Positions 1 through 8,600 of a stretch of 29,027 bases of DNA are shown one piece after another; positions within the stretch are counted from its first letter, which is position 1, and each line of letters opens with the position of its first letter. The notes under the pieces were generated by a model. The model saw only the letters and a program-made list of their open reading frames with translations, did no database searches and was not told the DNA's origin. Where the stretch lies: positions 1 through 29,027 of the forward strand of contig JBFJXU010000001.1 of assembly GCA_041622975.1 (NCBI GenBank). The letters are read 5' to 3'. Source of the DNA: Thermoplasmatota archaeon (lineage in GTDB: Archaea; Thermoplasmatota; E2; JACPAO01; JAHFTW01). A program made the translations under genes and the position numbers.

Positions 1-315
1 ATGGAAATGGACCTCATGGCCAATGAGGACCGCCACCGAGATGCCCTCCACCAACGACTGCAGGCAAACCACACCATCTACCATGACTGGTGCAAGGCAA
101 CCGGGATCGACGACCAAGCCGTCGGCCTCACAGCATTCCCCAACATGGGGACCGACACGGCTGTACTTGCCCGGGAAGCCCTGGAAGCAGGCATCCTCAT
201 CCTAGCAGGCGAGCACTTTGGCATCCGCGGACACATCCGCGTGGGCTTAGGTGGCGACTCTGCAGCCCTCTCCAATGGCCTGGCGGCGCTCGGCCAATTA
301 CTTGTCCAGGCGTAA
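1..315 (+). CDS. PLP-dependent aminotransferase class I/II, C-terminal part (gene probably starts before the window)
   Basis: C-terminal pattern GILILAGEHFG..GHIRVGLG matches the 'GV.v.PG..F....iRl' small-domain motif with the conserved Arg; N-terminal half is absent. Confidence 0.7.
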   Translation: MEMDLMANEDRHRDALHQRLQANHTIYHDWCKATGIDDQAVGLTAFPNMGTDTAVLAREALEAGILILAGEHFGIRGHIRVGLGGDSAALSNGLAALGQLLVQA

Positions 316-331
316 TGCAGTATCTGGAGGC

Positions 332-514
332 CTACGCGTCACGGAGTTCGTGTAGGTTGCGCACCACTTCCGTGAGCAAGTGATGGGCCTGCTCCGTGTG
401 GCGGATCTTCTCCGCCATGTCCCGTTCGTCCTTTGCCCACTCCAACAGCGTAGCCAGGTTGCCCAGGTTCTCATCGATGGACAGTTTGAGGGCATCTTCG
501 TAGAGTTTGGTCAT
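332..514 (-). CDS. Small helical hypothetical protein (60 aa, MTKLYEDALK...)
   Basis: SD GGAGGT at 521-526, 6 nt before ATG 514; ATGA overlap with the stop of the upstream gene; amphipathic helical sequence. Confidence 0.75.
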   Translation of the reverse strand: MTKLYEDALKLSIDENLGNLATLLEWAKDERDMAEKIRHTEQAHHLLTEVVRNLHELRDA

Positions 515-1173
515 TTGCACACCTCCTGGAGGGCCAGGTCCATGCGTTCGTCATCGGTGAAGTTCATGCCATCGGCAAGAGGAACCGTCTCGGGGCGGTG
601 CCAGCCATGATGCATGACCGAGGCCACGTCTGCGGAGTGCTTGGCCTCGCCTTCATGGTTGCGTTGCATAGGAATGCCATCATTGACGAGGCCCACCAGG
701 TGACCAATCCCGTGTAAGATGGCCCCGGGCGCCACGTCGTCGAGGGAGCGATTCTGCGCCGCAGCCGCCAGCGCAATGCTTGGCCCCGACACCGCTGCCA
801 GGCCCGGCGTCACGACGTAGATGGTTTCCTCACGCCCCGGGATGGGCTCATCTAGCCACCAGACGGTCAGCGACGTGGTGGAAATGCCCTGCCGGTTGCG
901 GTGGCGGTCTGCATCCAAATCGTCCCCGTCAAGCGGCGTCACAATCCACTGAACGGACCGATTGAGGAGACGGCTGGTCTCGGCCGCAACGACGGTCCAA
1001 ATCTCATCCGAGGGGGCATCTTCACCCGGCATCACCTGGAACCGGAGCACCAATCGATCGTAAGTCAAGGCCGCGCACGCCACTTGCCGGGTGGTGGTGG
1101 CATCCGCTAGCACCGTGCCCAGGCAACCAGGCAAGAGGAGGATGGTAGCAGCGGCGAAGGCCAATGCGCGCAA
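511..1173 (-). CDS. Zincin-like (metalloprotease-fold) lipoprotein with degenerate HExxH
   Basis: Signal peptide with lipobox LPGC; HGIGHLVGLVN...H..SVM resembles HExxHxxGL plus a Met-turn; TTG start. Confidence 0.65.
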   Translation of the reverse strand: MRALAFAAATILLLPGCLGTVLADATTTRQVACAALTYDRLVLRFQVMPGEDAPSDEIWTVVAAETSRLLNRSVQWIVTPLDGDDLDADRHRNRQGISTTSLTVWWLDEPIPGREETIYVVTPGLAAVSGPSIALAAAAQNRSLDDVAPGAILHGIGHLVGLVNDGIPMQRNHEGEAKHSADVASVMHHGWHRPETVPLADGMNFTDDERMDLALQEVCK

Positions 1174-1199
1174 ACGGGCGCGACGGGATTCGAACCCGC
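1174..1199 (-). repeat. 26-bp exact direct repeat of the tRNA-Arg 3' end (partner 1274-1299)
   Basis: acgggcgcgacgggattcgaacccgc occurs at 1174-1199 and 1274-1299, exactly 100 bp apart; it covers the T arm, acceptor 3' strand, discriminator and 1 extra nt. Confidence 0.97.
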
Positions 1200-1253
1200 A
1201 GTACCCAGGGCGGCTGGCACCCTGGGGCAGACGGGCCGTCCCCGCCTACGCCC
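1175..1253 (-). ncRNA. Putative tRNA-like (mimic) structure
   Basis: Minus strand folds by hand into a 6-bp acceptor (GGGCGT/GCGCCC), an 8-bp bulged D-like arm, a 6-7-bp anticodon-like arm (CCAGGG/CCCTGG), a 5-nt variable region and an intact T arm. Confidence 0.5.
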
Positions 1254-1274
1254 TCCGGCTGCTGGCGCAGCCTA

Positions 1275-1349
1275 CGGGCGCGACGGGATTCGAACCCGCG
1301 ACGACTGGCTTAGGAGGCCAGAGCCTTATCCAGGCTAGACTACGCGCCC
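1275..1349 (-). tRNA. tRNA-Arg(CCT), 75 nt, no intron, CCA not encoded
   Basis: GGGCGCG acceptor, GTCT/AGGC D stem, CTGGC-CTCCTAA-GCCAG anticodon arm, GCGGG-TTCGAAT-CCCGT T arm, discriminator G. Confidence 0.97.
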
Positions 1350-1423
1350 GAGCGGGCCACTTGAGGGGGGTTCTTGGCCGTGCCGGCCGCCGCCGTTTTC
1401 CAAGGGCATGCCATGGCCGACTC

Positions 1424-3028
1424 GTGGACGCGCGTGTTGTGGGCTGGCTGGTTTTGCTAGCATGCCTGGCAGCCCCACCGGCGGCGGGGCAAGCCATTAT
1501 TGGAGTCGTTCCTGACTTGGACGACGGCGATGGCTGGGGCGTATGCTGCGACCTGGCAGGGTGGACCGTCACGGACGAGGAAACGACGTGGACCGTTCCT
1601 GCTGGCAGCGGGGCGGCGTGGGCCACCGGCAATTCATCCCAATGGCTCGCCCACGGGGGTCCGCCAGCAACTCACATCCCCGGCCTGCGGTTGAACAACC
1701 AAGGTGAAGCACTACGCCTAGTCAATCCAGCCGGCGAAGTGGTTCATGAGGTGGATTGGGCCGGTGCCGGGGCAGGCGGCTTTGCGCGCCTTTGGGTCCC
1801 CGGCGAAGTTGAACGCGTGCGGTGGCTCGGGCAATCGGACCTCGATCAACCCACGTGGCACATCGAAGGGGCAACGTTGTACCGGTCCCCCGACAATGCA
1901 TTCGAGGTCTTGACGGAACTGCTCAGGGCCGCGCAGGAACGTGTGGTGCTGCATGTGTATGGCCTACGCAGTCTTGCCTTGGGCGACGCCTTGGTTGCGG
2001 CCGCGGACCGTGTACCAGTCGCCGTACTAGTGGATGAGTCGCCCGTTGGAATGGACCGTTTGCAGCGTCACCAAACCGCATACAACTTGCAGCGCCTTGT
2101 GGACGCCGGCGCTGAGGTGGTGACTGCCGGAGACCGCTACCGCCACCACCACCTCAAGGTACTCGTAGTGGACGACAGGGTCGCCATCCAGTCAGAGAAT
2201 TGGGTAGAATCTGGCGTGCCCGAAGTGCCGACCACGGGCAACCGGGGTTGGGGGATTGTCCTCCCGCACCGGCCCGCCGCCGACTGGTTTGCCGCCTGGA
2301 TGGCCGAGGACCGCGCTGCATGGGACGCCGATTCGTTTGATTTGGCGTCCTTTGACCCCGGTTATGAGCCGCCAGCACGGTTTCCGCCCCGCACGGGCAC
2401 GTACCGCCCTGGGTCGGTGGAGCACATCATCGGACCGATGGAAGTTACGCCATTTGTAGCCCCAGACCACACCGTGAGTCCTGAACTCTATCAATTGGTA
2501 GCCGAGAGCGGACGCGCATGGGCTCAGCAGTTACAGATGCGCGAGCACGCCACGAATCGGCTCGGCTTGGACCTGGCCGACCCCTTTCTCTTGGCGTTCA
2601 CAGACGGTGCCCACGCACGTGATATCCGAGTCCATTTAGCGGCGCCATTCGGCCCTGATGATGAACGCAATCAGCAAGTGGTTCGGGCCATCCAGGCCGC
2701 CGGCGGTAATGCGCGGCTATGGGACCATCCAGACCTCGGCATCCTGCACAACAAGGCCGTCGTCCTGGATGATGGACTCATCTTGGGCAGCCTGAACGGC
2801 AACCATGCCAGTCGCTCGGAGAACCGCGAGGTGGGCCTCTACGTTCACTCCCAGGCTGCGGCCCAAACAGCGAGTCAGTGGTTTCTATCTGATTGGCAGC
2901 CAAGTCGGGACTGGGGCGCCATCGCTGATGACTTGGAAGCAATACCCGGGCCAGGCTTCCTGGCCGTCGCGGCTACCGCTATCTTTGCTATGCTAGTCAG
3001 ATGCAGGGAAGGCGCAGGGCGCCATTGA
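1424..3028 (+). CDS. Secreted phospholipase D-superfamily protein with a lamin-tail-like N-domain and PGF-CTERM-like anchor
   Basis: Two HKD motifs (HLKVLVVD, HNKAVVLD..GSLN); signal peptide after GTG 1424 (AT-rich box at 1396-1403); C-terminal IPGPGF + TM + basic residues. The ORF-track extension back to 1091 runs over the tRNA and is spurious. Confidence 0.85.
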   Translation: MDARVVGWLVLLACLAAPPAAGQAIIGVVPDLDDGDGWGVCCDLAGWTVTDEETTWTVPAGSGAAWATGNSSQWLAHGGPPATHIPGLRLNNQGEALRLVNPAGEVVHEVDWAGAGAGGFARLWVPGEVERVRWLGQSDLDQPTWHIEGATLYRSPDNAFEVLTELLRAAQERVVLHVYGLRSLALGDALVAAADRVPVAVLVDESPVGMDRLQRHQTAYNLQRLVDAGAEVVTAGDRYRHHHLKVLVVDDRVAIQSENWVESGVPEVPTTGNRGWGIVLPHRPAADWFAAWMAEDRAAWDADSFDLASFDPGYEPPARFPPRTGTYRPGSVEHIIGPMEVTPFVAPDHTVSPELYQLVAESGRAWAQQLQMREHATNRLGLDLADPFLLAFTDGAHARDIRVHLAAPFGPDDERNQQVVRAIQAAGGNARLWDHPDLGILHNKAVVLDDGLILGSLNGNHASRSENREVGLYVHSQAAAQTASQWFLSDWQPSRDWGAIADDLEAIPGPGFLAVAATAIFAMLVRCREGAGRH

Positions 3029-5693
3029 CATGCGTGCACGACTCAGCCACGGCATCTACGTGGATGCGCTCGAACATGAGGGGCTTGTCCTGGAAGTCCA
3101 CGTACATCTGCAGTTGGTCTTCAGCGTGGGCCGGGAACAGTGGTGTGCGCGGCCAGCCTTCGCCTTCGCCCAAGACCTGCGCCATCTGGACGGAATTCAT
3201 GTGGCCGGAGTTGCCGGGCGGGAGAACGTTGCGGCTGGCGGCCAAGGGGTCCGTGTCCATGAGGCCCCAGTCATAGAACGCCTGGAAACTAGGCCGGTTG
3301 GTCATGGGAATCTCGTAGGACGGCAGCGCGCCCAGGGCACTGAACTTGCTGATGTGGTTGGGGCGACCCTGCCAGTCTTCGGCCGCTAGGACGTCCGCCA
3401 TGGCTGCATTTGCTTGGTCTTGGCAACTCTCCACACCGGGCGTGGTGACGTCGTCGCACCAGGCGTGCCCGGTACCACCGGCCATGGCGTCGGCAAGTAC
3501 GCTGTGCTTGTTGCCCTCGGTGCCGTGGTCGGCGGCGTGGCCATCACTGTGGGCTAGGGGGCTCCAACTCAGGGACCTGGCGCCTGCGCCCAATTCATCG
3601 GCGTAGACTCGTTCCTGCATGGCGTCGCGCCACGCCTCGAAGAGGCCCATGCCATCAGGCATGGTGGTGGCGAACTTGCCGCCCCAGATGGGGACCCCGT
3701 TGTTGTCTGCGGCGTAGCCGCCATAGAAGAATCCAGTGTCCTTCCATTCAGCCAAGGCCGCTAGCGCCGCGGCCTCCTGGGCATCTAGCATGCCATCTGG
3801 GCCGTAGATGGCGGCCTTCATGATGGCATAGAATTCATCCCCGTATGGGTCGCTGGTGCTGGCTTGGAAGTGAATGTCACGCATGTCGGCGACCGTGAGG
3901 CCCGCCGGGCTCTTCTCGTCGATGCGTTCGAGAAGCAATTCCTCCATGAGTTCGGCGCGCTGCATGTTGCCCCATTTCTCCATGTTGTCACCGGTTGGGA
4001 ATCCCTTGGCCGGGTTGTTGTTCCAATTGACGGTGTACCCCTTGGGGGAGTCAATCATGTGGGGCAAATCGCTCCCGGTGAGCACTTGGGCCGGGTCTGT
4101 GTGGTCCCAGGTGTAGGAGGAGTCCCATCCGGGTGTTGGTAAGCGGCTGTCGAGGCGGGCGTCGCGCCTGGGTTGGACGCCAACGTGCAGGTAACCGATG
4201 CTGCCTTCCGCGCCGTCCTCGGCGATGTTGAAGTTGAAACTGAAGCGGAAGGTCTCCAGGAGATCTTGGATATCTGCAATGGAACGGGTTTGCCCAATCT
4301 GCAGCCACAGGATACCACTTCGTGCTTCATCACCACGGTAGGCGCGCTGGCTGGCAAACGCGTACTGGCCGTCGTCGCTGCGTGCCAGGACTGGTCCATG
4401 CACCGTGCGGCAGACGCGTTGCTCCACGATATCCACGTCCGGCGCACGGCCATCGGCCACCACGGCGAAGTCGGAGATTGCTGGCTTGACGTAGTGGGTC
4501 TCCGTGCGGCAGTCCATGTCCACGACTTCGCCATCCAGGTAGTATTGCTCGCCATTACCGGGGACGAGCCGTTCAACGACCATGTCCACTTGGTCGGAAC
4601 TGCCGCTTGTCACGGTCCAACTGTGCGTCGGGCCCCGGCCGATGATGACGCCGGGGGCACCAGCAACACCCATGCCGGTGGCTTCGAAGCCAGCGCCGTG
4701 CAGGGCCACTTCGTACGGAATCATGGGGGCAAAGTAGGCCATCTGCGGACCACCGTAGAGGATGTTCTCCCCATTGGCAGCAAACCGCTTGTCGATGACT
4801 TGGGCATTGGAGCCGAATTTGAGGGGGAAGCCCGCTGCAACAAGGGTCTCTTGGAGCCCCATGAAGTCATCCAGGCCCGTTGCTTGACTGGCTGCCATCG
4901 CCTCCTGTTGGGCAGGGTCCAGGGCGGACGGTTCGCTAAGGTCGTGGAATGACATGACTTGCGTGTAGTCCCATTTGTCAATGCCGTGGCCAGGGTTGAG
5001 GTCCACGGCGGCAATGGTAGTGTAAGTGGAGTCGCGCTGGCCGGGGACGAAGTCCTCGAACGCAGCGGCGCCTTGCTCGTCGCCCAGGAGCCCCTGCAGT
5101 TGGGCCAATAGAGCGGCATTGCGATGCTCAGCGCCGCCAGAGCCACGGCCGAAGATATCCAAGAGGTACTCGGCGATGGCGATTGTGTCACTCACGAGCC
5201 AGTCACGGGGCAGGACGCCGAAGGCGGCGTATTCACCCGGCAGTTTGCTGGGGTCAGTTCGGGTTTCCTCAATCCATGCGTTTACGCCGTCGGCGAACGC
5301 GTTGAATCCTTCCAGCCACATGGCGCCGTCAAGGCCGCCGTTTTCAGGCGTCATGGCACCAATTCGCTCAATGGTGGCTTGGCGTTCCTCTTCCGTGTAA
5401 AGTTCGCGGCGGGTTGCCAAGTCCATGTCGAGGCTGCCGTAGCCACCTGTGAGGCTGGCTAATTCGCCTTTGCCCACGTGGCGCAGGATTTCCATCTGTA
5501 CAAGGCGGTCTTGGGCTTGCGCGTAGCCGTTTGCCCAGAAGAGGCTGTACAGGTCGTCGGCCCAAATATGAGGGACTCCGTAGTCATCGCGGACGATGAT
5601 GGCGTCTGGGCTCGCGTCAACCATGTCGGCCGCGCCGGACAGGCCAGCGGGCACCAAGACGAACAGACTCAACAGTAATGGAACAGGTTTCAC
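2997..5693 (-). CDS. Penicillin acylase (Ntn-hydrolase) family protein, secreted
   Basis: IVRDDYGVPHIWA, GYAQAQDRL.QME..R...G.LA, autocleavage site G/SNA with N-terminal Ser, NWNN motif; signal peptide from GTG 5693. Confidence 0.93.
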   Translation of the reverse strand: MKPVPLLLSLFVLVPAGLSGAADMVDASPDAIIVRDDYGVPHIWADDLYSLFWANGYAQAQDRLVQMEILRHVGKGELASLTGGYGSLDMDLATRRELYTEEERQATIERIGAMTPENGGLDGAMWLEGFNAFADGVNAWIEETRTDPSKLPGEYAAFGVLPRDWLVSDTIAIAEYLLDIFGRGSGGAEHRNAALLAQLQGLLGDEQGAAAFEDFVPGQRDSTYTTIAAVDLNPGHGIDKWDYTQVMSFHDLSEPSALDPAQQEAMAASQATGLDDFMGLQETLVAAGFPLKFGSNAQVIDKRFAANGENILYGGPQMAYFAPMIPYEVALHGAGFEATGMGVAGAPGVIIGRGPTHSWTVTSGSSDQVDMVVERLVPGNGEQYYLDGEVVDMDCRTETHYVKPAISDFAVVADGRAPDVDIVEQRVCRTVHGPVLARSDDGQYAFASQRAYRGDEARSGILWLQIGQTRSIADIQDLLETFRFSFNFNIAEDGAEGSIGYLHVGVQPRRDARLDSRLPTPGWDSSYTWDHTDPAQVLTGSDLPHMIDSPKGYTVNWNNNPAKGFPTGDNMEKWGNMQRAELMEELLLERIDEKSPAGLTVADMRDIHFQASTSDPYGDEFYAIMKAAIYGPDGMLDAQEAAALAALAEWKDTGFFYGGYAADNNGVPIWGGKFATTMPDGMGLFEAWRDAMQERVYADELGAGARSLSWSPLAHSDGHAADHGTEGNKHSVLADAMAGGTGHAWCDDVTTPGVESCQDQANAAMADVLAAEDWQGRPNHISKFSALGALPSYEIPMTNRPSFQAFYDWGLMDTDPLAASRNVLPPGNSGHMNSVQMAQVLGEGEGWPRTPLFPAHAEDQLQMYVDFQDKPLMFERIHVDAVAESCTHVNGALRLPCI

Positions 5694-5816
5694 TTCTACA
5701 CACCCGAGGAGGCGACGGGGCGCGCCCCTTTTGGACCCTTGGGCGCGGGAATACCCCCTCCGCCCGGTGCCCATGCACATACCCTTTTTGATGAGGTGAC
5801 ACTCAACCTATACCTG

Positions 5817-6791
5817 ATGTTGGAGCCGATTTCCTGGGCCGCGTTGGCGGTCATCTTCGCGGCACTGGCCGCCGCCATCACCCGGCGTTTCCTTGCAGTC
5901 GGCTCATTGGTCATTGCAAACCTTGCCATCTTTGCCATGACGGCCCTCGGGCCGCGGATGCTTTCGCCCACGCAGCCCGGCGTGGTGCGCCCCGTCATCC
6001 ATGAGCAACTGGGCTTGCACGCCGACCAATTGGTGGCCGGCGAGCCCATGGCTTTCCTGAACCTGCTGACCAGCATGTTCGTACACGCTGACTTCTTCCA
6101 TTTCCTGGTCAACATGATTATCCTGTTGGCCTTCGCGTTGCCCTTCGAGGAGCGCATTGGCGCCCGCAAGTTCCTAGCCGTGTACGTCCTGTCCGGCCTA
6201 GTCGGCGCTGGCGTCCAAGTGGCCTTCGTTGCCGGCGCCCCCATCCTGATGATGGGCGCAAGTGCAGCTGTCTTCGGTGTCATCGGGGCCTTCGCCACCG
6301 CGTTCCCGCGCCAAGTCATCGCCATTCCCCTGCCCCTGCCCATCATGATTCTGGTTCGCATGCGCGTCGTGACCGGCGCGCTCATCTTTGGTGCCCTGCA
6401 AATCGTGATGATTACCTTTGCCGGGGCCAACAGCAACACCGCCTTTGAGGCCCACCTTGGTGGCCTCGGGGCAGGGCTGCTCCTCGGCCTCGCCGTGCGC
6501 GGCCCCACGGGGCAGGCGGCCAACAAAACCGTCGAAGTGGATTTCTCGGCGTTGGATGCCTTTGCAGCCGATGAGGGAACCAAGCACGCCTTGGAAGAGT
6601 TGCAGCGCAACCGGGACCTGCCCGACCTATGGGCCGCTTGGATGGAGCGCTTCTTCCGCACCGCCGAGTGCCCTCAGTGCCATGCCACTGTGATGCCTGA
6701 ACGTACCGGCCACGTTGTGTGCAGCCACGGCCACCGGTTCGACATCCGCATGGGGCACAAACTCACCCCGCCGCGGGCTGGCCACGTGTGA
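5817..6791 (+). CDS. Rhomboid intramembrane serine protease with C-terminal Zn-ribbon-like domain
   Basis: SMFVH...HF..NM, catalytic GASAA and AHLGG motifs; C-terminal CPQC...CSHGH; start inferred from a T-rich box at 5785-5791. Confidence 0.9.
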   Translation: MLEPISWAALAVIFAALAAAITRRFLAVGSLVIANLAIFAMTALGPRMLSPTQPGVVRPVIHEQLGLHADQLVAGEPMAFLNLLTSMFVHADFFHFLVNMIILLAFALPFEERIGARKFLAVYVLSGLVGAGVQVAFVAGAPILMMGASAAVFGVIGAFATAFPRQVIAIPLPLPIMILVRMRVVTGALIFGALQIVMITFAGANSNTAFEAHLGGLGAGLLLGLAVRGPTGQAANKTVEVDFSALDAFAADEGTKHALEELQRNRDLPDLWAAWMERFFRTAECPQCHATVMPERTGHVVCSHGHRFDIRMGHKLTPPRAGHV

Positions 6792-6816
6792 GTCCGGAGG
6801 CAGGCCAATTGGCAGG

Positions 6817-7947
6817 CTAGACGGAGCCGCTGCGGTCGTAGATGCTGACCAGGCGAACCTCGCCGGTCACCTCAATGCCGCCAGGTATGCCAGATGGCGG
6901 CAAGGGCGTACTCCGCAACGTCCAATTGCCTGCCTGATAGGGAACTTCGGTGAGGACGTCCACGGTGGCGTTGCCCGTGTCCCCTATGTCGACGGTTACG
7001 ACGGCCTCGTCGTTCGGGTCGAGCAATTCGATGCGGTGGACGCCATTGCCCCCCGTTTGCTCGGCCGTGATGGCAACGCCTAGGGTGTCGTAGGGGCCAT
7101 CATTGCCATCTTGGATGTCGAAGGATTCGGTGACAATTTCAACGGAATTGATGGGGAACACCTTGTCCTTCTGGCCACGCAAGAAGAACGCTTCACCTTG
7201 GTAGCCCGTGTCAATTTCTTCGAGGGTCATTTCCACGGTCGTCTCGGGCGTGGTGACGGATAGGTCCGTGAACCACTGCGCATGGAGGGAGTACGCGATG
7301 CCGAGCGACGCGTCGGGGGCCGTTCCGGTGATGCGCCAGCCAGGCATGGTGGTGCCGGCCGCGTAGTCATCCAGGGGACCACCCACAATCGGCAAGGCGG
7401 CCTCCTTGGCACTCATGGCCCAGTCGGTGGCGAAGAAGCGTGTTTTCCAGGTGAGGCCATCACAGAGCGGGAAGTGGAACATGTCCGCGTGGTCGCCCGA
7501 CTCGTGCGGGCTGTAGAGGGCTTGATGCACGCGTCCGATCATGGGGTTGGTCGAGTAGAGTGCGTGGCGCAACGCTTCCTCTCGAGTCGGCGTGCCCACC
7601 ATGTAGTGCTGGCCATTGTCCTGTGAATCGTAGTAGACCAGGCGGGTGGTGCCAAGGTCTTCTCCGTCAATGATTACGCGGTACAACCAGGACTGGCCGA
7701 ACACCCACGGCCTGCCTTCGAGGTCCGGGGCGTGCTCCCGTTCGGCGCCACGAGCCACGCAGGGATGGTTCGGGTCTTCGAACTCCTCAATCGTGGGCAG
7801 CGGCGGCGTGGAAGTGTTGTTACCAGGCGGTGGCTGGACCGGGTCGGGTGGCCCGTCGTCGCCGCTGCCACCGTCACCGCCGCCGAAGCAGCCTGCTAAG
7901 GCTGTGACGAGTACCAGCCACGTGGCCATGAGGGTCGTCTTGTGCAC
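6817..7947 (-). CDS. Hypothetical lipoprotein
   Basis: Lipobox LAGC followed by a Gly/Asp/Pro-rich linker and beta-rich domains; start GTG 7947 (alternative ATG 7929). Confidence 0.8.
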   Translation of the reverse strand: MHKTTLMATWLVLVTALAGCFGGGDGGSGDDGPPDPVQPPPGNNTSTPPLPTIEEFEDPNHPCVARGAEREHAPDLEGRPWVFGQSWLYRVIIDGEDLGTTRLVYYDSQDNGQHYMVGTPTREEALRHALYSTNPMIGRVHQALYSPHESGDHADMFHFPLCDGLTWKTRFFATDWAMSAKEAALPIVGGPLDDYAAGTTMPGWRITGTAPDASLGIAYSLHAQWFTDLSVTTPETTVEMTLEEIDTGYQGEAFFLRGQKDKVFPINSVEIVTESFDIQDGNDGPYDTLGVAITAEQTGGNGVHRIELLDPNDEAVVTVDIGDTGNATVDVLTEVPYQAGNWTLRSTPLPPSGIPGGIEVTGEVRLVSIYDRSGSV

Positions 7948-8022
7948 GGCGTTCACGACGCCCAACCCGCACCATAATGGTTCTGTGAACAGCACAAAGC
8001 CGACGTCGGGGGCCCCGCAGCC

Positions 8023-8028
8023 TTTCAA
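8023..8028 (+). promoter_or_regulatory. TATA-like box for the gamma-CA gene (leaderless)
   Basis: TTTCAA at -29..-24 of ATG 8052; the same spacing recurs at other genes. Confidence 0.55.
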
Positions 8029-8051
8029 GGAGCCCCCAACTCCCCCGCACC

Positions 8052-8597
8052 ATGACGGAAGCAAAGGCCGGTGGCGACACCGCAGTGCATCCAACCATCC
8101 ACCCCACGGCCGTGCTGGCTCCCGGCGCGCAAGTGATCGGCGATGTGACCGTCGAAGCAGACTGCTTCATTGGTCCCAATGCGGTGCTGCGTGGCGACAT
8201 TGAGCCCATCGTTGTGCGTCGCGGCGCCAACGTCCAGGACTGCGTCGTGGTGCACACCCACCACGGGACCCCCGTGGAGATTGGCTCGGACGTTTCCATC
8301 GGCCACGGCGCCATTGTCCACGGGGCCACCATCGAGCCATCTGCCCTCATCGGCATGAATGCCGTGGTACTTGATGGCGCCGTGGTCGGTGAAGCCGCCG
8401 TCGTGGGTGCGCTGGCTCTTGTCCCGGCAGGATTCAAGGTGCCGCCAGCCAGCCTCGCCGTGGGAGCCCCGTGTAAGATCATCAAGGAGAACGACGACCG
8501 CATGCGCCAAATGGCGACCCAGAACGGGAAACGATACCATCAATACCGCGACGACCACTCGAAGGGCCGTTGGGGGTCCGTGACCGGCCCGACTTGA
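8052..8597 (+). CDS. Gamma-class carbonic anhydrase family protein (YrdA/PaaY/CaiE-like)
   Basis: Hexapeptide repeats; LRGD..I.V...ANVQD..VVH and IGHGAIVHG metal ligands. Confidence 0.93.
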   Translation: MTEAKAGGDTAVHPTIHPTAVLAPGAQVIGDVTVEADCFIGPNAVLRGDIEPIVVRRGANVQDCVVVHTHHGTPVEIGSDVSIGHGAIVHGATIEPSALIGMNAVVLDGAVVGEAAVVGALALVPAGFKVPPASLAVGAPCKIIKENDDRMRQMATQNGKRYHQYRDDHSKGRWGSVTGPT

Positions 8598-8600
8598 CGG

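Noticed and set aside
1174-1299. Two-unit repeat read as a CRISPR array or prophage boundary
   Set aside because: Only two copies, the repeat is tRNA sequence, and no cas, integrase or viral genes are present
1091-1423. N-terminal extension of the PLD ORF with a repeated 'ARRDSNP / ATGFEP' segment
   Set aside because: It is the antisense reading of tRNA-Arg and its duplicate; the signal peptide begins at 1424
4173-5462. Long plus-strand ORFs inside the penicillin acylase gene
   Set aside because: Antisense shadow ORFs typical of high-GC coding DNA; no motifs
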